NCBI GenBank assembly: GCA_965219095.1
Contig: OZ244719.1
Location: 653,613-717,612, forward strand
Source of the DNA: Bdellovibrionales bacterium
Lineage (GTDB): Bacteria > Bdellovibrionota > Bdellovibrionia > Bdellovibrionales > UBA1609
Direction of reading: 5' to 3'
DNA length: 64,000 nucleotides
This document shows positions 50,031 to 61,884 of this stretch, one piece after another (position 1 is the stretch's first letter; each line of letters begins with the position of its first letter). A program made the translations under genes and the position numbers. Under the pieces are notes generated by a model, which was not told the origin of the DNA, did not search any database, and was given only the letters and a program-made list of their open reading frames with translations.

Positions 50031-51252
50031 AAACTCCTGAACTTCCCCTGTTTTTGCGGACAGTCAATTTTCTCTTAAAGTCTCCATAAAATGGAGGTAA
50101 AAGAAAGAATGGAAAAAGTAAAACAGTACTCGGAAGAGTTTAAAAAGCAAGCCATTGAATTGGCAGAGGAAATAGGTGCAAAGGAAGCCTCAGAGAAGCT
50201 AGGACTGAGAAATTTCCAAGTGATAAGCTCTTGGAAGCGTTTTCTAAAGCCTGAAGTAGAAAGACAAGCTTCCCATGACTTGGCTTCGGCATTGGAGGAA
50301 ATAAAGAGGTTAAAAAAGGAGCTGGTCTATGAGAGGCGGAGTGTAGGTATATTGAAAGAGGCAGCGGCTTTTTTTTCAAAGGAAATCCTGAAATGAGATT
50401 TAAGGCTATGTTTTATGTAAAAGAGAAAGGGCATCCAGTGCTTCGCATCTGCGAATTATTAAGAGGATCTCGTTCTGGTTTTTATAGTTTTTTAAAAACC
50501 AGGGGAAAGCTTGAAAAGGATAAAAATCTGGAGAAAAACATAGAATCTATTTTTAAAAAAAATAAAGGCTGTTATGGTTCCCCCAGGGTGTATAGGGAAT
50601 TAAAGCGTTGCGGAGTGAGTGCTGGAGAAAACAAAGTAGCTCGAATTATGAAACTAAAGAATCTCAGTGCCCGTCAGAAAAAACCCTATGTTCCTAGAAC
50701 AACAAAGAATAACCCTCTCATGATTAAGTCTCCTCGGTTGTTTAAGACAGGACAGAGCCAAGCAGGAAAAGAAAACCAGGTATGGTGTTCGGATTTAACC
50801 TATATTCCTTTTAGAGATAAATTTCTGTATTTGGTTGTATTTTTAGATGTCTATAATCGAGAGATTAAGTCTTGGAAGCTCTGTGAGAGCTTGGACGGGG
50901 TTCATTCAAAACAGGCTCTGAGAGCCGCAGTCCAATCTGTTTCTGGGAACTTAGAGGGCTTGATAATCCACTCGGATCAAGGGGTTCAATATTGTTGTGA
51001 AGGGTTTAGAAAAGAATTGAAATTCTTTGGCCTCAAGCAATCTATGTCTAGGAAAGGAAATTGTTATGATAATGCGTTTGTGGAGAGCTTTTTCCATACG
51101 TTGAAGGATGAACTGGAATACAAAGACTGTACAACAAAGGAAGAGTTGGAGAAAAAAATTGCAATTTACATGGATTGGTATAACAAGGTAAGAATGCATT
51201 CTTCCTTGAAATACATGAGCCCAAAAGAATTTAAACAAAGGAGGGCTTTAAG

Positions 51253-52466
51253 TGTAATAGTCGCAACTTAATCTGACACGTCTCGAAATGTCAAAGAGAT
51301 GAAAAGAGGTTACCCTTTTAAATAAACAATACCACCCCAAAGGGTGGAGAAAGGATAACAAAAATGACATATCAAGAAAGAATTATAAAATCAAAAGTAG
51401 GTCTTTTGCAATTAGCAGAAGAGTTAGGCAATGTATCTCAAGCTTGTAAGGTGATGGGCTTTTCAAGAGATACATTTTATCGTTACAAGACACTCAAAGA
51501 GGAAGGAGGTTTAGAATCATTAAGAGAGCAAAGTCGTAGAAAGCCTAATTTAAAAAACAGAGTTGATCAAACGACAGAAGAGGCTTGTTTAAGGATCGCT
51601 ATAGAACTTCCTGCCTATGGACAGTTGAGAGCGTCCAATGAGTTAAGGAAAAAAGGAATTTTTATTTCTCCTGCAGGAGTTAGAGGGGTCTGGCTGAGAA
51701 ATAATTTAGAGACTTTCAAAAAGCGTTTGAAAGCTTTAGAAAAGAAGTCTGCAGAGGAAGGCTTGGTTTTCACAGAGGAGCAGTTACAAGCCCTAGAGAA
51801 GAAGAAACAAGAGGATTTAGAGTGCGGAGAGGTAGAGACAGCTCATCCTGGTTATTTAGGCTCACAGGACACTTTTTATGTGGGAACTATGAAAGGTGTA
51901 GGACGTCTTTATCAACAAACCTTTGTGGACACTTACTCAAAAGTTGCTTTCTGTAAGCTCTATAAAACGAAAACACCTATTACAGCAGCTGACCTTCTCA
52001 ATGATAGAGTGTTTCCTTTTTTTGAAGACCATGATGTGCCCCTGCTTCGTATGTTAACAGATAGGGGTACAGAGTTCTGTGGAGTTCAAGATCGTCACGA
52101 TTATGAGCTTTATTTGGCTATCAATGATATAGAGCACACAAAAACAAAGGCAAGACATCCTCAAACCAATGGCATCTGTGAAAGATTTCATAGAACAATT
52201 TTAGAGGAGTTTTATCAAGTGGAGTTTAGAAAAAAAGTGTACAAAAGCATAGAAGAGTTGCAGTCTGACCTTGACTTGTGGCTTGTGAAATATAATGAAA
52301 GGAGAACTCATCAGGGAAAAATGTGTTGTGGTCGAACACCTATGGAAACTTTCCTTGACGGAAAACAAAAAGTAAGGCAAAAGATGATTGAACAGAACGA
52401 AAACTGACAGACAGTTTTTTATCAACCCAGAAAGGGTAACTGTCAGATCATATAACGTCTATTACA
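51253..52466 (+). mobile_element. IS481-family element
   Basis: TGTAATAG...CTATTACA ends. 7-bp TSD CTTTAAG. Confidence 0.92.
51364..52407 (+). CDS. IS481 transposase
   Basis: LAEELGNVSQACKVMG, GYLGSQDTF, LTDRGTEF and PQTNGICERFH motifs. Confidence 0.95.
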   Translation: MTYQERIIKSKVGLLQLAEELGNVSQACKVMGFSRDTFYRYKTLKEEGGLESLREQSRRKPNLKNRVDQTTEEACLRIAIELPAYGQLRASNELRKKGIFISPAGVRGVWLRNNLETFKKRLKALEKKSAEEGLVFTEEQLQALEKKKQEDLECGEVETAHPGYLGSQDTFYVGTMKGVGRLYQQTFVDTYSKVAFCKLYKTKTPITAADLLNDRVFPFFEDHDVPLLRMLTDRGTEFCGVQDRHDYELYLAINDIEHTKTKARHPQTNGICERFHRTILEEFYQVEFRKKVYKSIEELQSDLDLWLVKYNERRTHQGKMCCGRTPMETFLDGKQKVRQKMIEQNEN

Positions 52467-52811
52467 CTTTAAGAACATAAAAACTGTCCACTTTTTTGGG
52501 GGAAGATCACTCCTCACTAATTCTAAAATCTCTTCCCAATCTAGACCCTTTAAGACTAAGACCCTCTTATCCTCATATGACTTTTCCTTTTTCAAAGAGA
52601 CAGCCTTAAAAAGAGACTTCTTAGGGGATACTGTTGAAACATAAGACTTCTTCCAGTTATTGATCGTGGAAGAGGTGACCTTTGTCTCTTTACAAAATTT
52701 AGAAACCTTTTCCTCTTTCAAAAAATCTAGAATCTCTCTCTTAAGAGCTTCTGGGTAGCGGATAAGCTTCTTGTTGGAATTCTCCTCTCGACAAAGCTGT
52801 ATCTTCTTTTT

Positions 52812-54320
52812 GCCTCCTCAAAAGAATCTGTGGGTTCCCGGAGGTTCTGGCAGTTTTCCAAGGTTATGATATAAGGCGATTTTTATAGCTTTAGAGGTTC
52901 TAAAGCCGTAAGATTTTCTCATAGTGAGTTTTACTTTGTTGTTTAAACCCTCTACAATCCCTGAGGAGAAGGCTTTTTTAGCCTTGAAGTAATTAAGAAT
53001 AAGTAGCTTATGTCTTTGTATGGTTTTTGCTTCTCTTTTCATAGGTTCAATTTTTGAAAGCATGACTCGTCTCGTCCAACTGTCTATAAATTTACCAGCC
53101 CAAGTTGGTGAAACATAGGTCCATAACTGTCGGAAGTCTTCTTTTAAAAAATAACAGCGGATACTTTTTAAATTGTACTGTATTAAATGCCTTAATTTTA
53201 CTTTCTCATAAGATTTTAAATTTTCTGCATTTTTTAACAAGGGCCATCTAGCTTTTGTTAAAAGGGGTTCATACCCGTCTTCTTTCATTTTTTTGTGTTC
53301 TGAAGCTCTCACTTCGTCTAAAGCCTTATTGAGTCTTGCTACGATATGAAACCGATCTAATATGTGTAAAGCTCCACTTGCCCTCTCCTTTATGACTTTT
53401 AAATAAGGCTTCCACATATCAGAACACACAAACCGTATATCTTTTGACTTCTCTCCTAGTAAATCAAAGAATTTTCTAAAACTCTTTTCTGTTCTTTTTT
53501 CTCCTATCCACAACAAGCGTACACGGGTTTTGCTTATTTCATAGACTAAGGTGAGATACTGATGGTTCTTTTTCCATTGTATCTCGTCGACTCCTATAGC
53601 ATATATCCCCTTTAAAACCCTTTGTTTTAAACCATATTCTACGACCCATTCTACCGAAGCATAGACCTGATTCCAACTGACCTGAAACTTACAAGAAACC
53701 TCTTTCCAAGACAGGTGACGACACCAGTCTGCTAAGTACTTCATGTAAAAGATCGTTAAACTCTTCTTACCATCGGCCCAAGGTAAATACTCAACTTTTA
53801 CCCCACAGCAAGGACAATTAACTCTTCTTACAAAATAAACAAAAAACACCCTGTAACTTAAAATAGGAAGGGATTCAAAGTCCCGTGATGATTTACTGCT
53901 GTCATACACTGAACAGGGCTTCTTACAAACACTACAAAAAGCTTGGCCATTTTTACGAGCCTTAATAGGAACATTAATTGACTTTCTATCTTTTGAAAAA
54001 TAAATGTCTCCGTATACAAAAGACTTCCATCTTAAACAATCATTTAGTATAGTCTTCAAAAGCATCTCTTCCCTCCTTTTTTTTTTTTTTGAATAACATT
54101 TTAAGGCATCTGGGAAGTAGGTGCTTCTTTTTTAAAATTTTAATGTAATACAGCAAATAAAAGAATGTTTTTGAGTTCAATCACCGGAGGTGATAGAGGC
54201 CAGTAAGGGCCTCAAAGAACTCAAAAATACAAGATAGAATGTCTTACTCTTACTTTGATTAATATGAGCTCTTTTGGGGGATTTCTACTACTTTTCACCC
54301 ACAGATTTCCGGGAGGAGCC
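52812..54320 (-). mobile_element. ISL3-family element, copy 2 (transposase 52818-54065)
   Basis: Near-identical to copy 1. 8-bp TSD TTCTTTTT. Confidence 0.93.
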
Positions 54321-54422
54321 TTCTTTTTTAAATTAATCCCTTCTTCCATAAAATCCCTCCTCTTAAGAAAAATTTATAAGAGAAATTTAATCTTGGATAG
54401 GGCGGTCATATAACCGACTTAC

Positions 54423-56370
54423 ATTTATTATAAGAAAGGTCTTTTAACCATAGTCCATGTTCCGAATACAGAAGAAGAAACACACCGTCGTCTTGTACGT
54501 TCAAGATACTCTTTAATAGAGAGAAGCAGTTCTTTAAAAAAAGAGATTTTATCCCACTGTAGACTCTATGGTTATAACTACAAACTGGAAACAAAGGGGA
54601 AGAGCTACTGGACTCAAATGCATACGAAATGGCTTCAACAGATGGTTTCAGATGAAAAAAAAGATTTCTTTTTTAGAAAAGTTTTAGAGAACTATTTGTT
54701 TCTTTTAGAAAGTTTTTCTACATCTATAGAAAATTTAGAAACAGAGATTCATAAGCTCATTCAGAGCATTGTAAGTAGAAGTTTAAAGAAAAGAAGACAG
54801 GGTCAGGATTTAAAATTTATAGAAATTGGGGATCCTTGCATGAAACGCTTATATAAAAAGTCACATAAAATGATTTATAGTGGTAAACCTATTAACCCGA
54901 GTTTCGACTTTTTTCAGGGCTAAAGGCTAGCTAATATAAACAAATACCTCAGACTTTTGTAAGATTTTCTTGAAAAAGCAACTTACAAGAAAAAACACCT
55001 TGAGAGTTATAAAAAAACATACAAGGAGGTCTAAGATGTTTAATTCTAATTATATCATATCAATTTATGTTCTTGTCGATGATTTTTTAACCCCTCTCAT
55101 ACAGCAGCATCCAGAACTGGTTCCCAAAAATAAAGGAGGTTTTTCTTGTGCTATGTCTCCCAGCGAAATTGTCACTCTTTATCTTACTTTTCCAAAGTTC
55201 TGGCTTTAGGAATTTTAAAGCCTTTTACCAGTTTGCAAAAGTCTATCTTAAATCTTATTTTCCTAAAATGTTGTCTTACTCCCGATTTGTGAACATCAAA
55301 AAAGACATGGCTTTTTTGATGTTTCTTTTCTCGACAAGCCTTATGAGTAAAACCACCGGCATATCATTTATTGATTCCACATCGATTTTTTTTCAAAAAT
55401 AAAAGAATAGGACGAAATAAGGTGTTCTAAAAGTTAGCTAAAAAGAGGCAAAAGTAGTATGGACTGGTTCTTCGGATTTAAACTCCATATTGTTATCAAT
55501 CACCTAGGAGAACTTTTAAGTTTTACCTTAACTCCGGGAAATGTAGATGATCGAAAGCTAAGTTATGGATTTATAGTAAAGGGCTGATGGGAAAACTCTT
55601 TGGGGACAAAGGTTATATTTCATCAGACCTTTTCAAAAAGCTTTTAAAGAAGGGAGTTAAGCTTATTACAAACGTCAAATTAAATATGGAGAATAAATTG
55701 ATTCCCTTATTTGACAAGTTGATGTTGAAAAAACGTTCTGTTGTGGAGGTCAGTGATTGGAGTGTTAAAAGGAGAGTTTCATCTTGAGCATTCTCGCCAT
55801 CGTAGCCCACAAAACTTTGTCATCAATCTTTTAGGTACTCTCATCTCTTACTTGCTTAAAACCTAAAAAACCCTCCATTCAACTTAAAACTCAAAACAGG
55901 AGCTTCTGAACAATATATAAAAGTCGAAACTCGGGTTATTAACAAAGTCAAAGTAGCTTGTGCTAGAGAAATGTTGGGTTTTGTATGGGAGTGTTTCAAT
56001 GAAGTGACTTGTTCGACTCATTGAAACACATATAGTGAATACACTTAGATTTTCTAGTCGATTCTCTAGGGAAAAACCTGAAAACCTAAATAGAATTATT
56101 ATATAAAGATTGTGTTTTTTATTTTTAGGGTAAGGAGGTAAGTCAAAACATAAAAAAGTGCATTTAAGTCTTTTTGGAGCTTTTACGCCGTCCTAGATGA
56201 CATAACATAGCAAAGTCGTTGAAAAAAGATTAAGGGGCAAAGCTCTTTCGTGTCATCTTAATGCGTTAACCAGCACGCGGATATGAGGTTGATAGTACAG
56301 AAGACTCATTTTTGAAAAACTTTTTTGTCAATGACTTACTTTTCTTGCTTGACTGGCTGGTCATCCATAT
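54423..56370 (+). pseudogene. Decayed IS110-family element (transposase fragments plus 3' non-coding end), interrupted by IS982
   Basis: Removing IS982 gives ..MIYSGKPI|NKVKVACAREMLGFVWE, resembling the IS110 C-terminal VAxARxLxxxxW motif. Confidence 0.65.
54895..55936 (+). mobile_element. IS982-family element, frameshifted transposase
   Basis: ACCCGAGTTTCGAC TIR. 5-bp TSD TATTA. Near-identical to 43036-44077. Confidence 0.9.
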
Positions 56371-56642
56371 GAGTATGTCAAGAAAAAACACTTCTCCATT
56401 TACAAAAAATATAAAAAATTTTTTTTGCATACGGTCACTAATATTCTAATCACCTAAGAAAAAACTTCCTGCATTTCCTTTCCATTTTTTAATGACTCTT
56501 CCTTTACACATTGTAAAACAAACATATTCCTATCATGCGTCTATCTGAACCTTTTTTAATTTTAAATCATGAATTTATTCCGAAGATTTAAAACTTTAGA
56601 TTATAGTAAATTTCAAGAATAGAGGATGTGCTATTCGTCGAA

Positions 56643-56825
56643 ATGAATTTAAATCCTATAGAAAGACTTTGGAAGTTTATGAAAAAAGAGGTCACGGCGA
56701 ATCGATATTATGAAAACTATGACGATTTCAAGGGAAGTTTAAGTCAATTTTTTAGAGGAATACGAAAACACAGGCCTAAATTAGAAACTTTGATAACTGA
56801 TAACTTCTCCATCTTAGGAAACTGA
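56643..56825 (+). pseudogene. IS630-family transposase C-terminal fragment
   Basis: NLNPIERLWKFMK motif. Confidence 0.75.
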
Positions 56826-58519
56826 AAACCTAAACGAAAGCACTATATATGATCTGATTTGAAGGTGTTTTGCGTTTTTGAGTTCAAAAAATGTTCATCA
56901 GTGATAAGAGAAATGGATTTTTGAACAAAGTCTTTTGGGTTTATTTTCTTAGCATAAGAGCTTTGATGAGCTTTTTTTAAAAGATCTTTTAGTTTTAAAA
57001 AAGTACGTTTTTCAAGAATAAGACGTGCTACTTTCTTCTTAACTTTTATGCCTTTTCTTTTTGTGTCTTTATTTAATTTATTTCTTTTCACAAATAAACC
57101 TTTCTTTTTTATTCTTTTAATTTCTAACTTAAGTGATAGTTTTTTATTTTTTTTTAACCCTTTAGCTTAAGAGTTTTTAAAAACCCTGAAATAGGGGTCA
57201 GGCAGGTTTTTTAAATTTGCAAAAGATAGCTAAAAAATAAATAATTTCAATAAGTTATAACGCTTAAAAATATTTTTTCACTGTGGAGTTCTCATCATCA
57301 ATTCATCACTTGTTTTTACTCCCTTTTTTGTTTTTTAAAAGAGTCTTTTTCCTTTTTTTAAAAACTACAATCTCTCTTCTCTAAAATGGGCTAAGCTCAT
57401 TAAATTTTTATCCATGAAATCCTCAAACAGGCTATAAAAATCTTAGAAGGGCTATTAAAAAAAAAGACTTTTTTCTTCATCCATTAAGCTATTTCTTCTT
57501 CTTTTTTTAAAAAAAATGTATAAAACAGCTAAATTTCAGGTTTTGAAAGTAGCTTTTTAAAGCTCTTTGAAGACGATTTTTTGACCTGTAGCTACATAGG
57601 ATTTGAACCCTGTAAAAACTCTTTTTTATCTTTTAGAGATATAACATTTTCTGTCTATGGCCTCCTTTTCTTTTATGAAGCGGTTTTTTTAACTTCAAGG
57701 GTTTTGGCATGGATATTCTTTTTTTATTTCTTCGAACAAATAGAGCTGATCTTGACCGGACATGGAAAATTTCCCCCTCACTATAGGGGAGGTGCTAACC
57801 CCCATGGGGGTTAAATTCCTTCTAAGTGATTGAATTTCTTGGTTTTTTTGTTTTTTAGCTTCTGAACTGGAAATGTTTAATTTTTTAGAAATCTTTCGTT
57901 CTGTCAAGCCTTCATAGAGACCATTTGAATCACACTTTTTTTTTACTTGAAAGTAACTGAGAGTAGATTTTTTTAAGAAGCTGACTTAAAAAACTCATCT
58001 TTTAAAGCTGCTTTTGGATTTTCTTTTTGGCACTTCTTAAACCTCACATCGATACAATCCTGATTAGAAAGTGTTTCATCTCTTAAGCTCAAATAGGTGA
58101 TCCTTTGGTATAGGAGAAAGGGCTTTTTTGAAAATATCTTTGGCTTTGATTTTTCTACTATAAGGGATTTTATGGGATTTTACTAAAAGCTCTTTTAATT
58201 TAAAAAAGCTCCATTTAACTTCTCAAATTAGAGCCCCCTCTTTACGATCGGTCAGAAAGCTTATGGAGGCTTTAGTACAAGGTAAGCTAGAGGGTGAGAG
58301 TCAATTGATTTAATGTGCCTAACTTTTAGCCTAAGAAAGAAAATAAAAGTAGCTAAGAAGATAGGAAGTAACAACTTAAAATATGGAAGAAGATAGAGTT
58401 TTTACTTAGCGATCGGAAAAAGACAGTAGAAGTTAGAAGCAAAAAACTTTCCAACAATTTGTTAACTTAAGCCTTTTGGAGATATCTTCCGTAACCTTAT
58501 GCTATAAAAGAATGTCGAA

Positions 58520-59275
58520 TTATTTTTTGGAATTGGTATTACTAAAGTTTTTTGGTTTAAAGTGTTTGGCATTAATAATACTTGCACTACTTCCTAAAGC
58601 TTGAATCACAAAAAGACCTTCTTTCTCAGCCTTTCTAGCTGAACCTTGATTGGCCTTAAGATAAGCTACAGCACCATAAATTATTTTATCTTTATACAAA
58701 GGAAGCATTTGTTTAAAGTTTTTTAATTTGTTTATAAAATGAGTCAAATCTTTTAGCCATAAGGTGGTCTTGACTTCTGTCACAACCACTTCACTGCCAT
58801 TAACTACAATAATGTCAAATTCAAAAGGCTCATCATTCCATACCCCGGAAGACTCTTGAGAAATACTCTGCACTTCAATGTTTCTTTCTTGAAGAAGTTT
58901 AACTAAATCACCTTTTACCAGAGCCTCCATAAGCTTTCCCCATTGACCTATGAAAAGTTCGTCTAACTTTGCCATACGTTTATCAGACTTTTTAAACTGA
59001 CGATCGGTCTCAAGTTTTGACTCTTTTAACAAACGCTCTGTTTCTTTGTGGGCTTTGGTGATTTCTTTTTGGGATTCTCTGAGTTGGCGGCCAGTCTCTT
59101 TTTGGGATTCTTTGAGTTGGCGGTCAGTCTCTTTTTGAGCTTTAGAGGTTTCTTTGAGTTGGCGGTCAGTCTCTTTTTGAGCTTTTGCCAACTCTTTAAT
59201 TCCCTTAAAAGCTCCTTTAATAGATTCCTGAAGAGCTTTGGGAATCTGGTTGTTTTTTGTTACTTTTATAGCCAT
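58520..59275 (-). CDS. Coiled-coil (KETDRQ-repeat) protein with PD-(D/E)xK-like domain, copy 2
   Basis: Paralogue of 29111..29905, including about 240 bp of shared upstream DNA. Confidence 0.75.
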   Translation of the reverse strand: MAIKVTKNNQIPKALQESIKGAFKGIKELAKAQKETDRQLKETSKAQKETDRQLKESQKETGRQLRESQKEITKAHKETERLLKESKLETDRQFKKSDKRMAKLDELFIGQWGKLMEALVKGDLVKLLQERNIEVQSISQESSGVWNDEPFEFDIIVVNGSEVVVTEVKTTLWLKDLTHFINKLKNFKQMLPLYKDKIIYGAVAYLKANQGSARKAEKEGLFVIQALGSSASIINAKHFKPKNFSNTNSKK

Positions 59276-59707
59276 ATTATTTATAATAATATAAAAAAAC
59301 TTTCTTTTCAAGTGGTTTTAAAAAAAATTCTTTTAAATAGCCTCACTGCGACATCTCTCTCTAACCTACTGTAAAAACAAGAAAATAAGAAAGTGCCAGA
59401 TAAAAAAGTGCCAGAAAGATGCCGCTAGAGATAATACAACAATTAAATCCGCTTTCAAAAGTAATACAAAAGCTAAGCTCTTATAAAACTACAAGTAACT
59501 TATCACACACTTAATTTGTTTAGAGTGAGTTCAGAGTAAAAAATGAAGGAACCTTAGAGAACTTTCAGGAAATTTTAAGATAGACAGTGACGGCTAAGTT
59601 GTTAATTTTATTATTTCCTTTTAAATTTTTTAATGATTCTAAGAACTTACAAAAGTTCACAGACCATTTTATTAGAGATACTAGGAGCTTTTAATTGAAG
59701 TATAGGT

Positions 59708-60679
59708 TTATTTTCTGACATTTCTATTGCAAGCTTTTATGCCCCAGTATTGTAACTTATCTGAGGTGATTTTTTTAATGGGCTTTGTATTTCTAAGAAG
59801 TATTGACTGTCTTAAAACGTCTAAGCAAAAATCTTCAATTTCTGAAAAATTGAAGCCATTTAATTTTTCAGAAAGAGATTTAGCTGTATAGCCAAATTTT
59901 GTATCTGTTTTTTCCATAAACTGGTTTAAAAATAGTTCAACTTCTTGTTTTTTAGGTTTTGGAAGATCTAGTTTTACCTGAAATCTCCTCCAAACAGCTT
60001 TGTCTAAAAGTTCTGAGTGATTGCTTGCCGTAATAACGACAACATAGCTTGGAAGCTTGTCTATTTGAAGAAGCAAAGAGCTTACCACTCGTTTAATTTC
60101 CCCTGTCTCTCTCACATCACCTCTTTCTTTGGCTAGAGTTTCAAACTCATCAAAAAATAAAACGCATTTTTTAGTAGCTATGTACTCAAAAATCTTTTGA
60201 AGCCTTGTTGCAGTTTCTCCTAAGTAGCTACCAACTAAGTTTTCGTACTTAATAGTAAACAGTGGGTACATAAGTTCTGTAGCAATCGATTCTGCTAAAC
60301 TTGTTTTTCCATTTCCAGGGGGGCCTTTTAGAAGAATTCTATTCCTAGGCTCTAACCCATAAGATTGGAGTAATTCAGCTCTATGTTGCTCTTCAATAAA
60401 TTCGTTACAAATATCAAGAAGACGACTATCTAGAAACAAACTATCTAGTCGTCTTTCAGGTAAAGATTCAAAAATTAAATCATCACATTTAGTTGTGTTA
60501 TAGAACGATTTATTTTTTGAGACTCCATTTCTCAGGACACTTCTTAATTGTTCTGCTAATATATGATGGTTTTTAGATTCTTCTTCTGCAATAAAATTTT
60601 CAACATGCTTTTTAAATAAAGAAGTGTCCCCTGAATAACCAGCCTTGATAAGACTAACAATAATATCAGCTCGTGCCAT
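59708..60679 (-). CDS. AAA+ ATPase resembling IetA/Y4kL-type partners of S8 proteases
   Basis: MARADIIVSLIKAG N-terminus, GPPGNGKT, FFDEFE, ETGEIKRVVSSLLLQID and LDKAVWRRF motifs. Confidence 0.85.
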   Translation of the reverse strand: MARADIIVSLIKAGYSGDTSLFKKHVENFIAEEESKNHHILAEQLRSVLRNGVSKNKSFYNTTKCDDLIFESLPERRLDSLFLDSRLLDICNEFIEEQHRAELLQSYGLEPRNRILLKGPPGNGKTSLAESIATELMYPLFTIKYENLVGSYLGETATRLQKIFEYIATKKCVLFFDEFETLAKERGDVRETGEIKRVVSSLLLQIDKLPSYVVVITASNHSELLDKAVWRRFQVKLDLPKPKKQEVELFLNQFMEKTDTKFGYTAKSLSEKLNGFNFSEIEDFCLDVLRQSILLRNTKPIKKITSDKLQYWGIKACNRNVRK

Positions 60680-60975
60680 TCTATAACCTCTAGCTAGAAA
60701 AGTTTTTAATTTCCACCTTCTCCACCAATCATAGTAACCCCCTTTTTCTTAAACATTTCAAATTTTAATTCCATCCACCTTCTCCGCCTATCATAGCATA
60801 CTCCTTTCTTTTAAAAATTCTTGAAGTTCTTTTTGAGTTTCACTACAAATTCTATTTCTAGCCAAACAATTTTCCAAATCTTTTTGAAGTTCAAAAACTC
60901 TCTCACAAATCTTGCCAGTTAGACAATAAAACGGCTCCCTCTAAGGTATCCACAACACAGCCTGTGAAAGTGATT

Positions 60976-61610
60976 ATATCAAATTCTAAAAATTAATTCG
61001 ACATTCTTTTGTTGCACAGCGTCTGATTTTTTGATCAAACTCTGTTAAATTTTCAGAGTGTCGAAAAAAGATTTAAGGGATGTCGTCAATTTATTTAATA
61101 TGGTATGGCATCCTTGCCCCCTTTCTTGTAACTCGGTTATCTGATCGCCCTATCCAAGCTTAAATTTCTCTTATAAGTTTTTCTTAAGAAGGAGGATTTT
61201 ATGTGTGATCTGTAGGTGATCAATAATTAAAGTTTAGGTACTATCGAGAAGTTTCAGGAAAATCAAGGTGCTTACAGTAATGGATAAGTTATTTATATTT
61301 ATTTATTTTTTACTGATTCCAACAACATAGCAGATCTCTTTTTGCCGATTATAGGAATACTTGTTGTGAGGCCTGGAATACTTTTTGCGATCAGGAGGGC
61401 AGGATTAAAAAATTATGCACTCGATCTTGGGCAAAACAACAAGATGAATCAAGCTTGTAAATTAATTTACAGGCTCTCATCTGAGTATTCTCGCATCTTA
61501 GTCCACAAAACTTTGTCGTCAATCTTTTAGGTGCTCTCATTGCTTACTTGTTTAAAATCTAAGAAACATCCCTCTCGTAGGAGTCAAGGGCAGTCAGATA
61601 ACCGACTTAC
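60976..61610. repeat. Cluster of IS/MITE debris (MITE, IS66 left end, IS982 fragment, IS66 right end)
   Basis: 60976-61106 matches 24774-24916; 61128-61203 matches the IS66 left end; about 61478-61560 matches the IS982 3' part; 61553-61610 matches the IS66 right end. Confidence 0.7.
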
Positions 61611-61884
61611 TCTTAACTTAATTATTAAAATTTGATTTAACATTGATCTGATCCACTTAGGATCTCCTAATGAGGATATTAACCCGAAAATTCAAATAAA
61701 ATCACTAACATGTAGCCAAAAAACCTTCGAAAATACTTATGGATGAAGATAAGCCTGTATAGGGAGGCAGTAAAAGCTACGAAAGACCTAAGCCTTATAG
61801 GAAGCATTGTTATTTTATGTCGTAACAAGTCAAGCTTTCTATAAAGTAAGGCTTGAACTATGAGACAAACTCAATAAACTAAGA

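Larger units (their letters stand above)
50038..52509 (+). mobile_element. IS3-family element, copy 2 (IS481 inserted at the orfB end)
   Basis: Same sequence as 14762-16012, inverted. 4-bp TSD CTCC. orfA 50091-50396, orfB 50393-51271. Confidence 0.93.
47740..54422 (-). mobile_element. Three-ORF IS66 (tnpA-tnpB-tnpC'), truncated and hosting ISL3, IS3(+IS481) and IS256
   Basis: Left end GTAAGTCGGTT at 54422. tnpA starts at 54349 (..RYPEALKREI..). tnpB is 50030-49701. tnpC starts near 49615 (FGKSSEKR) and is cut at 47740. Confidence 0.85.
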
